From Octopus bimaculoides (Eukaryota), in NCBI RefSeq assembly GCF_001194135.2, contig NC_068983.1, forward strand, positions 51,502,861 through 51,554,783: a stretch of 51,923 nt of DNA, read 5' to 3'. Below are positions 37,860 through 50,641 of the stretch, piece after piece (the stretch's first letter is position 1; every line of letters begins with the position of its first letter). The position numbers and the translations under genes are program-made. The notes under the pieces were generated by a model. That model saw only the letters and a program-made list of their open reading frames with translations. It searched no databases and had not been told where the DNA came from.

Positions 37860-38166
37860 GTCGTTATGGTCGCCACGTTTATCATGGTCCTCTACGTCGC
37901 CACAGTCACCATCATCATCTTCATAATCATCGTTATCTTTGCCGATGTCATAGTTGTCTTCTTCCTCCCCCTACTTCTCATCATCATCATCAACATCATC
38001 GACATCGTCATAATCATCATCATCATCATCATCATTATCATCATCATCGACATCGTCATAATTGCTAATAATGATAATGTTTGCGAAACTGTTACTAATT
38101 ATGATAATGGTAATTAGGGCTTCTAGTAAAAATAACGATACTAATAACAGCAAAAAGTACAAGACC

Positions 38167-38198
<32 letters not shown>

Positions 38199-38232
38199 CG
38201 ACGACGACGACGACGATGATGATGATGATGAT
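37860..38232. repeat. Degenerate (ATC)n tract and compound (AAC)n(GAC)n(GAT)n microsatellite
   Basis: Directly visible. Confidence 0.9.
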
Positions 38233-40489
38233 CGGAAGAGCCTTGAATATTTCCAGTCACAAAACAACAACAAATTGATGACTCTGTGCATGAAAACAAT
38301 GATTTAAACGTTATCCATGAACTCATTAACTCATTCCTATCTTATTTCAATCGAGTGTAATTGTTAGTTGCAGCAATAAGCCAAAACATACAGCTTCACA
38401 TTTGCATTTTCTGACAGCGTATTACACGTATTATATGCAATATAGCAGTTTTCAAATGACCACATGTTTCTCATTATCCTCCCTCTCACTCTTACTCTAT
38501 CTTTCTCTCCCCCTCTCTGTCTTTGCTCATTCTCTTTCTTTCTCTATTTCTCAAAAGAAATCTTATTCAATTAGCCCTCTCCCGAAAATGGCATACTCAT
38601 TCGAATGGAGCATCGCTCATAATTTACTTGCTTCCTGCAATGAATGCTCCATGAAGTTTCAAGCTGCTTACACATATCTCCAGTTGAATGGATATATAAA
38701 TAAGATAGATAATATAGTTTTAGTTAAAACCCTGATATGCCAATAATAAAATCATTCATAAAATCAAGAGCAAGTAGTACAGTTTTTATCCAGAAACACA
38801 ACGAATACGCACAAACATGATTGAATCACGGTATGTGCTCCGATCATTCTCAACTCTCACTTGAAACGAGCGTCTGCGTGATTGCTTTTCGTACTAGAAA
38901 TAGGAACTAATTTTCGTTGTATTACATTCTACTCAATTATAAAATGGAAGTAGATTTTGGATTTTGTTGCCCTAGACAAGCTATGCCTGAATTTAAAATG
39001 AAATGGCTTTCTGTGTAGATCTTCCTTAATGAAGGTTACTCCAAGACTGAGCTACGACAACATATGCAGAAACGACGACAGCAACAACGACAACAACGAG
39101 AGAATGAACAACTGTATTGATGTCTACCAATCAGTACAGTCTTATATATTATGATAGTTAATTAATTACTATACTATCTTAGAGATATCTTTTTTATGAT
39201 AAGCGACACATTCAAAGATGAATCGTTTCCCGTAATGAGACTATTGATAACGACTAACGATTCATTTTTGTTCACATCCATATGATGCATCGTTTCTTTC
39301 CTTTTTCTATTTCATTCTGAACCTCGTTTGCTTTACTGTTCAATAAAATTATACATTTTACATCAGTACTGGTGAAAACAACGTACCGATAATGTCAATA
39401 TTGCTTGTTATTTTACCTCGTAATAACGATCTGTAAGCAACTAGATATTTCCCTACATTCTTTCTGTATCTGCAGTAAATAGAGTTTATTGTAAAGACAA
39501 ATATCGTTCGATGCGTATTGATTGATATTGCTGCTCGTACGGATGTCCCTTTTGATACTTCACTCCATATATTTCAGGCAAAAATATGGAAACGTTCAAT
39601 TTATTTCCCTGCTAGGAAAAACACGGATTTGCAATTGCATCACGATCGATGTGTATTCCCATGTGTCTTTCCGATAAATTTCTGTGATAAAATAATCGAT
39701 ACAACTAGCTAAGTCGCAGCATTCATTTATGGCTATGCTTATTTTAAGTGATGAGCTTAACTTATCAAACGGAAAAATAATTATAGAACAACATGCCCAA
39801 ATTGTTCTTATCTGCTTCGAACGAGATTTTATTTCATCCATTGAAACAACAGAATACATACAAATTAAGTACTTGGATTCAATTGTTCATATCATATCCA
39901 CAAACATTGTTCATGTTTTCTTGCATACGACTTACAATATGAAGTTGTGTTTCTCTTACAAATTCCGTAAAGACTTTATGGATTATCTGTCAATCTAGAA
40001 TCAAACCAAGCTAATATTTCAGAAAAATTGATTTTAGAATGCAATGGATTGCTATTGTTTTCATTTAATTCTGAATTAAATTTTCTATTTATATATTTCA
40101 TTAAATTGAAAATATATTCGAATATTAGAATCTAACTGAGATAGTTTTTAACATTTTCCATCGAATTTTGTGATACGATATTTAGAAAATATTTATTCAT
40201 TATTTCGTCCCAATCAAATCATAAACGTCGTAGAAATATTATCTACATAAAGTAGACTCAACACTATTATCTACATTATAGATTATATCTTATTCCATCA
40301 TAAGTGAAATCGGTTACAGACAATGTATAATAAATTTAGTGGAATCATGCAGGTGGATGATAATTAACTAGTAGAATGTTACGTAAATATAACACAGACG
40401 CGAATTCACAGTTCCTTTATTTATTGTGTTATCAACACATCAGATAAAGGATGCCCTTCCTTTACTGTTTCTTAACTTACATTTGAATA

Positions 40490-40660
40490 TATATAGATAT
40501 GCTTTATTAATACAGCTACAAAAGACTCGCCAAAACTGTTACTCAGAATTTCCCGTTCCGACGACGAACGGAAACGTGTAACTCTGAGAAACAGTTTTGG
40601 GGATGTGTTTGCATAAATAATATTACTCTACCTCCGGTATTCGAGTTTTGTCTTTTCAAT
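40490..40660. repeat. Head-to-head diverged inverted repeat resembling Penelope terminal repeats, with a partial CCGACGA hammerhead-like motif
   Basis: CCAAAACTGTTACTCAG(40530-46)/CTGAGAAACAGTTTTGG(40584-600) match 16/17; CCGACGA(40558-64)-(CGA)-A-CGGA/TCTG-A-GAAA-CAG; stem I not recoverable. Confidence 0.5.
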
Positions 40661-40988
40661 CTTGTTTCACATTAATGTGCTTACTCTGCTATATATATTT
40701 ATACAAATGTAAGATCCAGGGATCGAGGTATAGAAAGAGAGTTAATTTTGAGCAATCCGTAGTGAATATAAAAGAATAACTTCCAGGAAAAACAGGGGTT
40801 TATTGAGACGGAAGGTTGAGGATTGTTTTTCTTTCACCGAAGAACGATAAGTTGGAAAATGGTTCTCTTTATATTCCTCGGCAGTCACAAGAATTTCCGG
40901 TGTGAGCGTAAACGAATACATGAGTTACGGAATGGAGTATAGAAAATCCGGGCTACATATGTGTTATAGCGAGTAGAACTTCAGAAGT

Positions 40989-41323
40989 GGTAAAATCCAA
41001 GTGAAGAGTATCCTGCCGGATATTCTTCAGGCGAAGGATATCTTGATCAGACTAAAGGCTACATTGTCGCCATGGGGAACATGTTGACACGAAGATTCAA
41101 TCACATTCTGATTAAATCTTGGCGTCCACATGTATATCCAGCTACTTTTTTGTCCAAGGATATCATGATTAGATTAAAGGCTATATTGTCACTAGGAGGT
41201 ATATGATAGCTTAAAGATTGAATTAGAATGTAATTGGATCTTTGCGCCAACATATACCCCTTTGCGACAATGTAGTCTTCAATCTAATCAGAATGGCGGT
41301 ATACACCTCACTTGGATTTTACC
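40989..41323. mobile_element. MITE-like element, 23-bp TIRs, internal subrepeats
   Basis: GGTAAAATCCAAGTGAAGAGTAT / ATACACCTCACTTGGATTTTACC match 21/23; AAGT on both flanks (possible 4-bp TSD). Confidence 0.7.
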
Positions 41324-42218
41324 AAGTTGAACTCACAATGAAACATATATAGCCCAGGTTACCTATACTCCATTTTATAACTCTTCTATATATATATATA
41401 TATATATNNNNNNNNNNNNNNNNNNNNNNNNNNNNNNNNNNNNNNNNNNNNNNNNNNNNNNNNNNNNNNNNNNNNNNNNNNNNNNNNNNNNNNNNNNNNN
41501 NNNNNNNNNNNNNNNNNNNNNNNNNNNNNNNNNNNNNNNNNNNNNNNNNNNNNATATGTGTGTGTGTGTGTGTGTGTTTCATGTGGATGTGAAAGGGAAA
41601 TGTCCACAAACATTCAAATCGTTCATTACTGTAAGTAGAGTTAAAATATATTCAAATTAAAATATATCAAAATATATTCGCAATTCTTCCAATATATATA
41701 TCTTTCCCAGCACGATATATTTCCCCAATGACTTTACTCAGCAGTAGAGAAAGTGATTAATCAGTAACGTGTAAAAAATTACAATTAGAGGAGTCCCAAC
41801 AGTTTCTGACATCATTTGTCAGTCGTAAAACGTGGTAGGTGTTGCAAACTGATTTAGAAGTAACATGGTTGAGGCATGTGAAGTACACAGGTACGTTTAA
41901 GCACATCGGTTGCTTTATGTGTATATATTACGAAATCATTTATGTGTGTTTATTCATACTGATTATTCTACTTACACTAGAAATACATAAATGTAGTTCT
42001 AATGAATTTGTTACTGTCAGGGTCATCCTCGATTATTTGCACATTCACCTACATCGCAAATTTGATTGATATTTACGTCACCTCATAACGTTGCCGAGTG
42101 AATAATTCCTGAAACGTTTTACACCTAGGAAATATTCATACTATTTTCTCTGTCATCCTGCAAATTCTTATTATTCGGGTGTTATAAACACAGGAAATCT
42201 TACGCGATGTATATGAAT

Positions 42219-42249
<31 letters not shown>

Positions 42250-42715
42250 TATACATAATGCATGAGTGTTTATATGTATTTAGATAAACAGAAAATGGAG
42301 AAAACGTGATCAACAAACAAACAAATTAACCAGCATTGGTTGATTATTTTTTTACTACAAAGCATGACATAACATTACTTACGGCCGTTTCCGCAACACT
42401 GTTAGTCGGTGCCTAAGAAAGAAATTCCGAAAATAATTTTCATCTTCACAGCACATTCGATCTAGAAAATGGAGCTTCGTTAGAGTGAATACAAATGCAT
42501 AACATAAGATAAAAGAAGGGAAAGAAGAAGAGGAAAGAACAGGGCCTAGAGATGAGACCAGATGGCTCAATCTATCAAAATCACACCATCTTGCAACGTA
42601 GAGTTTGACGTCGATAAGCAAAAGAGTAAACTAGCAGTGATCTAGGGAAATATTTATGGGTTATCGCTATAGAAAGGGGAAGCAGGGAGTGTAAATAATA
42701 GTGAAATGTTTTTTA

Positions 42716-42749
<34 letters not shown>

Positions 42750-43324
42750 NNNNNNNNNNNNNNNNNNNNNNNNNNNNNNNNNNNNNNNNNNNNNNNNNNN
42801 NNNNNNNNNNNNNNNNNNNNNNNNNNNNNNNNNNNNNNNNNNNNNNNNNNNNNNNNNNNNNNNNNNNNNNNNNNNNNNNNNNNNNNNNNNNNNNNNNNNN
42901 NNNNNNNNNNNNNNNNNNNNNNNNNNNNNNNNNNNNNNNNNNNNNNNNNNNNNNNNNNNNNNNNNNNNNNNNNNNNNNNNNNNNNNNNNNNNNNNNNNNN
43001 NNNNNNNNNNNNNNNNNNNNNNNNNNNNNNNNNNNNNNNNNNNNNNNNNNNNNNNNNNNNNNNNNNNNNNNNNNNNNNNNNNNNNNNNNNNNNNNNNNNN
43101 NNNNNNNNNNNNNNNNNNNNNNNNNNNNNNNNNNNNNNNNNNNNNNNNNNNNNNNNNNNNNNNNNNNNNNNNNNNNNNNNNNNNNNNNNNNNNNNNNNNN
43201 NNNNNNNNNNNNNNNNNNNNNNNNNNNNNNNNNNNNNNNNNNNNTATATATATATATATATACATATATATATGTATATATATAAACATAAATATATATA
43301 TATATACATATATATACATATATA

Positions 43325-43356
<32 letters not shown>

Positions 43357-44822
43357 CATGTTTATAGAGCATAGACAGTTGCTGTGACATACAATCGGAA
43401 TCTTTTGAATACGGCTTACATTACAGTTAATTACGATTTTAATGATATTCGCTCTCGCTATTCCCATGCATCTGCTTGGCGCACGATAACAGTCTCATAT
43501 TGAACAGTAAATTCGTATTTAATATATATACATAATATTCAGGATATTTCAAAGTTCTTCATGCTTAATCCTGCTCCATAAATCCATAATATAATGTAAC
43601 ACAGATACTATCAATATTGGCGGAAATTTAAACGTATCATATTTAAAGTAGGTACCATTTCATCTAAGAGTAATAATTTCAAGTTTGTTCGGCTGAACCG
43701 CTCCTCCCCATATAAAATAGTAATCGACGAATGTTATTTTGATACCATTTTTTTTTTTTATTATAAGCATTGATTGGATTTTCAAAATATTTGATACTAA
43801 AAGATTTACGCACATTTTAGTTAGTGCATTTTCCGTTTTTCATAGATTTTTAATATCTAGCTGGAATATTTTTCCATTACGTTTCCGTATATCATGTGTT
43901 AACATCAAGCAGTGGGTTCGTGGAATTGTTAACATGCCAGAAATCTGCTTAGCAGCATTTCGACTTAGCAGCATTTACACGATGGATTTAAATACCACGA
44001 TTTCACTTTTCGTCCTTTCTCTGTCAATAAAATAAGTAACAGTTGCACACTGAGATTGATGTAATCGACTTGTGAACCCCATATCCTTACCGAAATTGCT
44101 ACCTTGGGCTACAATTTCAAACCAATATATGTTAGCATGCTTCTGTTTCATTATCCATTTTGCTCTACTTTCATTTTAGAAGCCAGAACACTTTCATCTC
44201 GACGATATATGTTTTTATTATTAAATTCAACATCATCGCTCCACTACATTTCCATGTATCATACACACATACACACACGCATACATAAATACGTGTATAC
44301 ATATATACATACATACGTACATACATACATAGATATGTACGTACATATGAACGTATATACATGTGTGTGTGTGTGTGTATGTGTGTGTGTGTGTGTGTCT
44401 AGGTTACTTTTATTCTTGTCGTATGAGAACAAAAACTATTTTATTCTATCCTAATTTTCATCTTCATTTACCACTTGAATGAACTAACATCCCTTCTTAC
44501 TTGCAATGTCTATATTTCGAACATCTTAATCATCTGAACTTATCGAAATCGCTTTATTTGCTCCTTGCTTTCATTTTTCAATCACGTGTAGGGCTCTGTG
44601 ATCTCCGTCATGTCAAAGAATAGACCCAAACTTACCTCTGCGGTTGAGGTTGATTTGCAATCCGACTTCGTAAAACCCGACGACTCAAACAGACTCACAG
44701 GTTGGTGAGTTGAAGTGATGAAGGGTTTTCGCTTGTGTGGTATAAAGATGTCATCTCCCAGAATTTTGGAATCGTCAATAAATAGTGAACGCAGAAATGT
44801 GATGTTACTGCGCAAGGCCCCA

Positions 44823-44891
<69 letters not shown>
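44823..44891. repeat. (TAC)n microsatellite, about 23 units
   Basis: Directly visible. Confidence 0.95.
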
Positions 44892-44958
44892 CACTCCTAG
44901 ATTTCTACTATTTGTCCATTATCTGGGAAGATTTCATCCCGCTATATTTATATATATA

Positions 44959-45166
44959 CAGGGTGTCCACAAAGTCTGGGTACATGGAGTAAATAAAATC
45001 ATGACATAATTAAATATAAGAAATAATGATTTCTTAAAATATGTGTTAATCCCCATGTGGGTACATAGAGTAAATAAAATCATAACATAAACAATCAAAA
45101 ATAAGAAATAATAGTTTGTTAAAGTATGTGTTAATCTCCATGTACCCAGACTTTGTGGACACCCTG
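44959..45166. mobile_element. Tc1/mariner-type MITE, 208 bp, perfect 31-bp TIRs, TA TSD
   Basis: CAGGGTGTCCACAAAGTCTGGGTACATGGAG(44959-89) / CTCCATGTACCCAGACTTTGTGGACACCCTG(45136-66); TA at 44957-58 and 45167-68. Confidence 0.93.
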
Positions 45167-46540
45167 TATATAACCTCAATATATGGGTATTTAGTAATCA
45201 AAATATTCTCCTGGTGTAATCTTCCTCATCAATGTTAATTCTAACTATATGTATGGCTTATTCAAGTTACAGAGAAGTGGGTAATTAATTATTCAATTGT
45301 GTTTTTTTCAGATCAAAGATTAATTTAGCAAGTTTGAATTACCGAAAATAATATAACAGTTGTGAAAGAGATTTTAGTATCACGCTTATGCTTTCCTATG
45401 ATTGAGTTAAACGTAGTTTTAATTGGTTTTATGTGTATATAATCTAACTTTTTTTTATAAAAAAAGCTGTTTGATTCTCACACATTTATAAGAAATAATT
45501 AATTATTGGGTATTGTTTGAGATATTCACATTGAAACTAACACGAAACATAAGAGTGAGATAGAAGAGAATTTAAATAATCAATACTTATTAATTTCTCA
45601 TGATAAATACTCTAATTACTTTAACATTTGATCATAAAATAAAACCAGCAATACTCGTTTAAAACTATTGACTGGAAAATTTCCTATGAAAGCTTCATTA
45701 TTGGTTAGAATTCTGCACGGAATTGAAAGCTAACGGAACATTTATGAAAGTATGAATATAGTCCTAAGATATCTATAGCGGTAACTATTAAAAAAACTTG
45801 ATCAAATAAAATCGGCAAACTAATTTTCTTTCATCATACTATTTCCGTTATTATGGATCTTGAAATTTTATCAGCAACTAATTTGAAAATTAAAAGCCGC
45901 CAACGACTAGTAACAGATGGGGAAAGGCAACGTAAGCTTCTACAGGCTTTGAACTCAACAGTAGAGTTCCACGAGGAATTTCACAACTCCAAGCACTTTA
46001 ATGACTCCGCCAACACGATTCCGTCTGTACTACTTTTAAGTATTCAGAAACCATCACAATGTACTTGCTTGTGCTTTCCTTACTGCAGAAATAAAGAAGC
46101 ACATATTTGGTCATCAAGTGAATTAAAATTAGATTATTTCCTCAATTAATAACATTAGTTTTTCCCGCTTTCACTTTACCTCTGTTAGTAGTTATAATCA
46201 AATAAATTGTTGAACGAATTCAGAGAAGCATACAGTTTATAGTGTTGGCTTTACGTCACTTACAATACGTTGTTGAAAAGAGCTACAGAGGAAGTTCATT
46301 TATATTTCACTCAAACATGAAACGTACAGTGAATGACAGTACTACGTCTCATTCATAAGATTCGATTTATTCTTTGCTGAATATGCATAATGCGATAAAA
46401 TATTACTAGAATGTGGAAGGAATTTTGATAATGTATGATTTTCAGGATTTGTTATTGGTGTTTGTCAGCCTTTATCACTGACTTGCGAACCTCCACTCAA
46501 ATATTTATTTGTTTATTCATAAGCATCAGTTTTCACTCAC

Positions 46541-46661
46541 TCTGCAAAATAAGTTCTTCATGTAGAAGAGTATACTTTGCGAAACATTCGGCTGCTATTT
46601 CTAGACGGTCAAGAGAGTGCTTGAAGTCACCTGTCTTGATGTTTTATGGAAGTTAGTCTTT
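46541..46661 (-). other. Candidate 121-nt exon
   Basis: Minus acceptor TTAGCATTTTAACAG| and donor GA|GTGAGT. Stops in all frames from this acceptor; an internal acceptor would give GDFKHSLDRLEIAAECFAKYTLLHEELILQ. Confidence 0.3.
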
Positions 46662-46884
46662 CTGTTAAAATGCTAACTTAAATTGGATTTTATAACTAAC
46701 AATTTATTACAGCAAAATATACTTACGTATTTATGATACCATTTAATACGATAGCTAGGAATGTATCTATAATTTGAAGTAGAATATTATGAAATATATG
46801 GAATATATATTTTAATATAAAACGCGTATACTTTACTCACAGTAAAAGCCAATCATTTTAAGTTTACTAAAATAAAACGCATAA

Positions 46885-46932
<48 letters not shown>

Positions 46933-47589
46933 TAATTACATTTCCTTCCATTCAAATTACAGTAACACTTACGTATTTTCATATTTATGGATGTCTTCAT
47001 GTCGATGGATCTACAAATATAGAGAGTTTCTAAGCAGGAGCTAATTTGTTTTTCACATAAGCCCATCTAGAATCAACCAAATTCACAGCAGTAACTTATT
47101 TCAAAATACTAATGATGTGATAATTCAATTTGTAGACTATTCCATAGCCTAAGTATATGTATTTGTAGATAGTGTGCTGAAAAGCTATATAGTGATCAAC
47201 TCATAGCAGGAGACTTTTCCATTTTTCAACTCATATATCGGTAAGTAATCCAATCGAGTTTATTCTATGTGGTGAGAGTTCCTGCTAGAAATACCTCATA
47301 AATCTCTCTTAAATCCTAAAATATTGTTTTAGAAGGGCAAACTCTTGTGATGTAAACACGGCAGGAATTATAAATGGAGCAAAATATGAGTGGGGCGACT
47401 TAAGGAATGTATTTTGAGATGTAGTTTACGGCTTATTATACGCTTGCATGTATAACGTGCACTCTTAATTTGAAGAAAGAACTATTTCAAGAAATAATAT
47501 TCAAAGATAGTAAAACGGAGGCGTATAGATTTTTAAACAAATGTCAATAGGAATGACTTCCACACATACTCAAATTTCTGTATGGAACA

Positions 47590-47960
47590 TAGCCAAAGAA
47601 TCAATAAATTGCTTTTAAAATGTTCCTGGGATGGACATCACAGAGAATATCATCTATAGTTTTCCATATCCCACATTTCTTGAAAGCTTTTAAAACAACT
47701 TTAATTTGATGGACCCTTTAGATTTATTCCCTGGTGTACAGTTGAGTGTCAGAATACAAAATTTCAATCACCCAGTTGTTAATCTGTGCTAATTGAGCAT
47801 TGGGTGCACTTGTGAAATTTATAAACGCTTGACACTTGGAATTTTTGAAGAATTTGTTCATAAAATTTCCAAAGGTTACAATATTGAGTCCACCGGGAAT
47901 TATTAAGGCATTTGAATCAATATATCAATATTTTGAAGAAGGGTTTTCATTTCTAGTAGG
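47590..47960 (-). pseudogene. pogo/Tigger-like DDE transposase C-terminal remnant
   Basis: Minus translations ALIIPGGLNI...MNKFFK, TPGNKSKG and VLKAFKKCGIWKTIDDIL resemble pogo IPGG.T..LQP.D..NKPFK and KSFKKCGI...D motifs; heavily decayed. Confidence 0.55.
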
Positions 47961-48626
47961 GAATGGTTTATCAGTTCAAACATGGACTTTTTCCAACATG
48001 TGCACTTATTGTCCATCCATTCGACCATAAATTCTATTGCAGAGCGTTTTAACATTTTCAATAAACTACATCATATAACTAACAAGATAATTAATGATAG
48101 TCACTGATGCTTAGGTTCAATACGACTTTTATTTCTTTATTGGATAAAAAGCGCAATGTGCTACGTGAAATGCAAAAGTGGAAAACTTCATTATGAATGT
48201 ATTTCAGAGAGAAGTAATATCTGTTAAAGCAGTCTAATTTTGAAACGCTTGTATTCTATTCTTTGTTAAGTGCTATGCTTATAAGCCAACTATTACTGCT
48301 ATATTTATTGGAAATCTATGGGAATATATGGAAATGGCATACAGTAATCAAAGTATGCAGCGATATATCTTAACACGATGCTGCATTTCAAATAATGTCT
48401 TCCGTTACTCCCAACTGACTATATTACCACATTATCGCAACTAAAATAGGCACGGCAAATTGTCCTTGATATTTTCTATATTTTCCTTACGGTCCTGTAA
48501 AAGGGCCTCGCCCATATGAACCAACTACAATCTCATATGAAGTCTCTCTAAAATCGTTTTGCAGATTTGCCGGCTCTTAAGGTAAGTAATGGATTTACAA
48601 GTTGCCAAATTAGTAATATACGCATG

Positions 48627-48711
48627 ATCAATATATCAATATTTTGAAGAAGGGTTTTCATTTCTAGTAGGGAATGGTTTATCAGTTCAAACATGGATGT
48701 CTTCCAACATG
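48627..48711 (+). repeat. 85-bp direct duplicate of 47916-48000
   Basis: 82/85 identical by eye; the only differences are in CTTT vs TGTC. Confidence 0.92.
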
Positions 48712-49223
48712 ATACTAACTGCACAAGGCAGTTAGTATCATCAGTGTATTATAAAAAGTGTATTTCGTTGTGTCAATAGTATTTCGCTGAGTCAGTGACT
48801 CAACGAAAACATTTCTTCAAAATATCGATAAAATGCTACACATATGGTACTAACTGCACAGGGCAATTAGTGCCATCTGTGTATTATAAAACATGTTATA
48901 CGTCTTGGAATATAGTACATTTGGTGATCAGATTGACCAGGTTGAGCTAATAGAGCAACAATAAAAGAAGCTGACTTAATAATAAGTTAAGGCGAAACCT
49001 CTTTGATCAGGAAATGTCACACTCTAAGGATAAGGAAATTGTTTCTCGGTAAAAAAATATATTTCAAATATGTAAGACTTTTATACGAATCTATCCTTAA
49101 CAGTAATTTCTCTGTCGAATATGGTATCTGCTTAACATGGAGTTAAGAAACATTAAGAAAACAACGATGTGCGTTTTCAAAAACAATATCAGAAAATCTC
49201 ACATTTTATTTTATATTTGGAAT

Positions 49224-49275
<52 letters not shown>

Positions 49276-50641
49276 NNNNNNNNNNTACATATATTCACAT
49301 ATACTCACACACTCACACACACGTACACACACACACACATATACACACACATATATATATAGAGAGAGATACGTACATATATACATGCATACATTCATAC
49401 CTACATACAAACGTATAAAGTTGGATATATAAAATGAGATCGCCCGAATAAACAACACAGTGTGACAGCGCCAGCTAAGATAAATAGGGTTCACAGTTCC
49501 CGAAGATAGTTGGAATCGGGTACCCAGCGTCCGTTATCAAAAACCTACACAGGTACACAGGTACACAGCAAATAAAAGTGGTAAGAATAATCACTTTAAA
49601 ATTTACTTCCTGACGATTTCCCACTTGAACGAGAGGACAACCATTGCCATCTGTAAGTTAATCTGCAGATAATACTCCGATACCTTGCAGGCCCACACGG
49701 GTTTGACTCTGCGTAGCCACCTCTCAGTGAAAAGACCACACGCGAAGCAATAGCCCTGTACACTGGCAAACTGTCCGATCCGTGACACAATCAAGTGTTT
49801 GCCATCATACGTGGTGTATCAGATATAGTTATAGTGTTCCGAATGATGTGACAACACCATCGATAATTCGGTCCGAGAAATCTGCATCTTACTGAAGCAA
49901 CATTTGACTATAATAGGGTCTTGTTTCGGCAAGTACATAATTAAATGCGCGAAAACCACCAACACATTAATACTAACCGCGGATAGATTGGATCTTATAA
50001 ATAATAAATAAGAAACCTCCCCTATATTACCGTAACCATGACCAACATCACTATCACTATAACGGTGATTGGTACTCTTACCGAGTAGCACCATGTTCAC
50101 TGCTGACACAGCCACGCCTAACGCCGCTAAAGCCACTATGAAGATTGTTGCAGTTGCAAGCAACAATCTTGTCAATGATTACTGCGAGATCATATACCAC
50201 CAGCGCAATCACTAACTACACTCACGGCATTTACCATCATCGTCAGTATTCATCAGGGCCACAACCTTGAAACCCACCTCTGCAAACCTACTGCGAGTTA
50301 CCCATCACAGACCCCGGTAGGACATCTACGGCAACATCATCACCATTATTTGTAGAACTGATACGGATGATTGAAATGGCGTAACTGATAAATCAGACAT
50401 CCAAATGGCAGAATCTGCGTAGACGTACATTTCTTGGACTGTATATCATATCCGAAATGTATAAAGATTGTTTAAATTTCCTCACTGTAATGCTAGATTT
50501 CCTCATTTCGCTTTCTATTCCTTTATTTCATTTCTGTACTACAATGCTGCAAGCGAAATATAACGCCGTGAATGAGTGTATGCGCGCGCGCGTGTATGTG
50601 TGTGTTTGTGTATGTTTGTATATATATATATATATATATAA

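Noticed and set aside
40993-41003. AAATCCAAGTG shared between this MITE TIR and the subrepeats of the 50642 element
   Set aside because: An 11-bp AT-rich match with different termini is too weak to link the families.
49603-50175. Hydrophobic 118-aa minus ORF followed in frame, after a single TGA, by a second open stretch (possible membrane protein or Sec read-through)
   Set aside because: It starts at TTG, arises from degenerate GTG/GCA-type low-complexity sequence, has no recognisable domain and no SECIS that I can identify.
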